A stretch of DNA of 64,000 nt from an uncultured bacterium (GTDB taxonomy: Bacteria; Actinomycetota; Actinomycetes; S36-B12), in NCBI GenBank assembly GCA_963736365.1, contig CAVTOM010000007.1, positions 450,820-514,819 on the forward strand. The letters are read 5' to 3'. Both the position numbers and the translations under genes were made by a program. Position 1 is the stretch's first letter; every line of letters starts with the position of its first letter. The notes under the pieces are model-generated. The model did not search any database and was not told the origin of the DNA. It worked only from the letters and a program-made list of their open reading frames with translations. Of the stretch, positions 62,730 to 64,000 are shown piece after piece.

Positions 62730-62790
62730 GTAGCCACGACGTCTTCCGGTTTGCGGCCCCACCGGGCCGCGTCCGACAAGGAGAACCTGT

Positions 62791-63910
62791 ATGTCCGCCT
62801 TCCGCCTCACCCGCCGCACGGCGGTCGTCGGCATCGCCGCCGCCGCCTTGCTGGCCATCACGCCTGGGCTGGCCAGCCCTGCCCAGGCTGCCCGCCCGGT
62901 CGTCGAGCCGGCAGCAAACACGCTGCCCAAGCTCGCGACGGCGCCCGTCGTCCGCATCGGCTTCTTCGCCAACGTGACGCATGCACCCGCCCTCGTCGCC
63001 CAGCAGCTGCGCCTGTTCGAGACGTTCCTCGGCAAGGACGGCACGAAGATCGAGTACACGGCCTTCAACGCCGGCCCCGCGGTCGTCGAGGCCATGAAGG
63101 GCGGCGCCATCGACGTGTCCTACATCGGCCCCAACCCGTCTATCTCGGGCTACACCTCGACCGGTGGGACCCTCCTGCGCGTCGTGTCCGGCGCCACGTC
63201 CGGCGGCGCGTCGCTCGTGGTCAAGCCCGGCATCACCTCGGTGTCGGACCTGAAGGGGAAGAAGATCGCCACCCCGCAGCTCGGCAACACCCAGGACGTC
63301 GCCCTTCGGTCCTGGCTCAAGGACAACGGCCTGAAGACGTCCACCACCGGCTCGGGCGATGTCACGATCACGCCGACCGACAACGCCAACTCACTCGCGC
63401 TGTTCAAGAAGGGCGAGATCGACGGCGCCTGGCTGCCTGAGCCCTGGGCGTCGCGGCTGGTCCTCGAGGCCGGCGCACAGGGTCTTCCTCGACGAGAAGT
63501 CCTTGTGGCCCAACGGTGAGTTCGTGACCACGAACATCATCTCCTCGCAGGGCTTCCTCAACAAGTACCCGGGGACCGTGCGCTCGATCATCCAGGCGAA
63601 CAACAGCGCCATCAAGTACATCGCCACCAACGTCACCAAGTCCAAGGACGTCGTCCAGGAGCAGATCACCAAGTGGACCGGTCGACCGTTGCCCGACGCC
63701 GTGATCACGCGCGCCTGGGGGAACCTGAAGTTCACGTGGAACCCGCTGCCCAAGACGCTGGCCAAGAGCGCGGACGACGCCGTCAACGCCGGGCTGCTGA
63801 CCCTCGGGCAGAACAAGCTGCAGGGCATCTACGACCTGCGGCTGCTCAACCAGGTGCTCAAGGCGGCGAGGGCGCGCACCGTCTCCGCCGAGGGCCTCGG
63901 ACGCCAGTAA
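62791..63910 (+). CDS. ABC transporter substrate-binding protein, NitT/TauT (aliphatic sulfonate SsuA-like) family, Tat-type signal; +1 break near 63478
   Basis: RLTRRTAVVGIAAAALLA.., VRIGFFANVTHAPALVA, GPNPSISGY, ATPQLGNTQDVALRSWL, / VFLDEKSLWPNGEFVTTN. Confidence 0.75.
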
Positions 63911-63931
63911 CCCCATCACGCAGGAGAAGAC

Positions 63932-64000
63932 ATGACACTCACCAGTGGCGCACATCCGGTGCCCGAGACGTCCGACGGGGACTACGCCGTCCGGCTCGAG
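63932..64000 (+). CDS. 5' end of the next gene in the ABC operon (probably the ATP-binding component); truncated by the window
   Basis: An RBS (caggagaag) precedes ATG 63932, giving MTLTSGAHPVPETSDGDYAVRLE. The assignment rests on position only. Confidence 0.3.
   Translation, partial: MTLTSGAHPVPETSDGDYAVRLE

Noticed and set aside
58400-64000. A secondary-metabolite biosynthetic cluster around the SARP regulator was considered.
   Set aside because: No PKS, NRPS, terpene cyclase or tailoring genes are visible in the window. Only ccr and meaB are nearby, and both have primary-metabolism explanations. The possibility cannot be excluded beyond the window edge.

Overview
This is a very GC-rich (roughly 70% or more by eye, not computed) actinobacterial chromosomal segment made up almost entirely of core housekeeping genes. 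Family names come from motif recall, not searches. Gene order matches the conserved actinobacterial block known from Mycobacterium tuberculosis Rv1292-Rv1323: argS-lysA / hom-thrC-thrB-rho-rpmE-prfA-prmC-tsaC / wecA / the atp operon (two small membrane genes, then atpBEFHAGDC) / PduO-type adenosyltransferase / murA / nucS / mce-thiolase.

Lineage-specific content surrounds or interrupts this block:
- a three-gene olefin cluster (oleA, fused oleBC, oleD)
- a tgt/yhhQ queuosine-salvage pair
- tRNA-Arg(CCG)
- two near-identical tandem csp genes
- an aquaporin
- glyA
- an ABC-2 exporter
- a Vps62-like/polytopic membrane fusion protein
- a double 3-hydroxyacyl-CoA dehydrogenase operon
- an acyltransferase-3/SGNH protein
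- ccr, meaB, a DUF4242 protein and a SARP/BTAD regulator
- an Rrf2 regulator divergent from a sulfonate-type ABC binding protein

No transposase, integrase, phage or CRISPR signal was seen.

Two things stand out:
1. About 48 single-base frame disruptions lie in about 28 genes, including essential ones (argS, lysA, rho, prfA, atpBHAGD). About 42 behave as +1 insertions. This looks like consensus indel error rather than biology, but it needs checking.
2. A compact intergenic element at 5441-5621 has three hairpins spaced 41 nt apart. They share a conserved loop core, their stems covary, they place CTAG stops in all six frames, and a 16-bp long-range helix encloses them. I cannot assign it to any known class.

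A second orphan region at 12019-12369 is about 350 bp, lies between convergent genes and carries GNRA-capped hairpins on the minus strand. It is also unexplained.

All coordinates and frameshift positions were read by hand from the sequence and ORF track. Start codons and shift positions are approximate.
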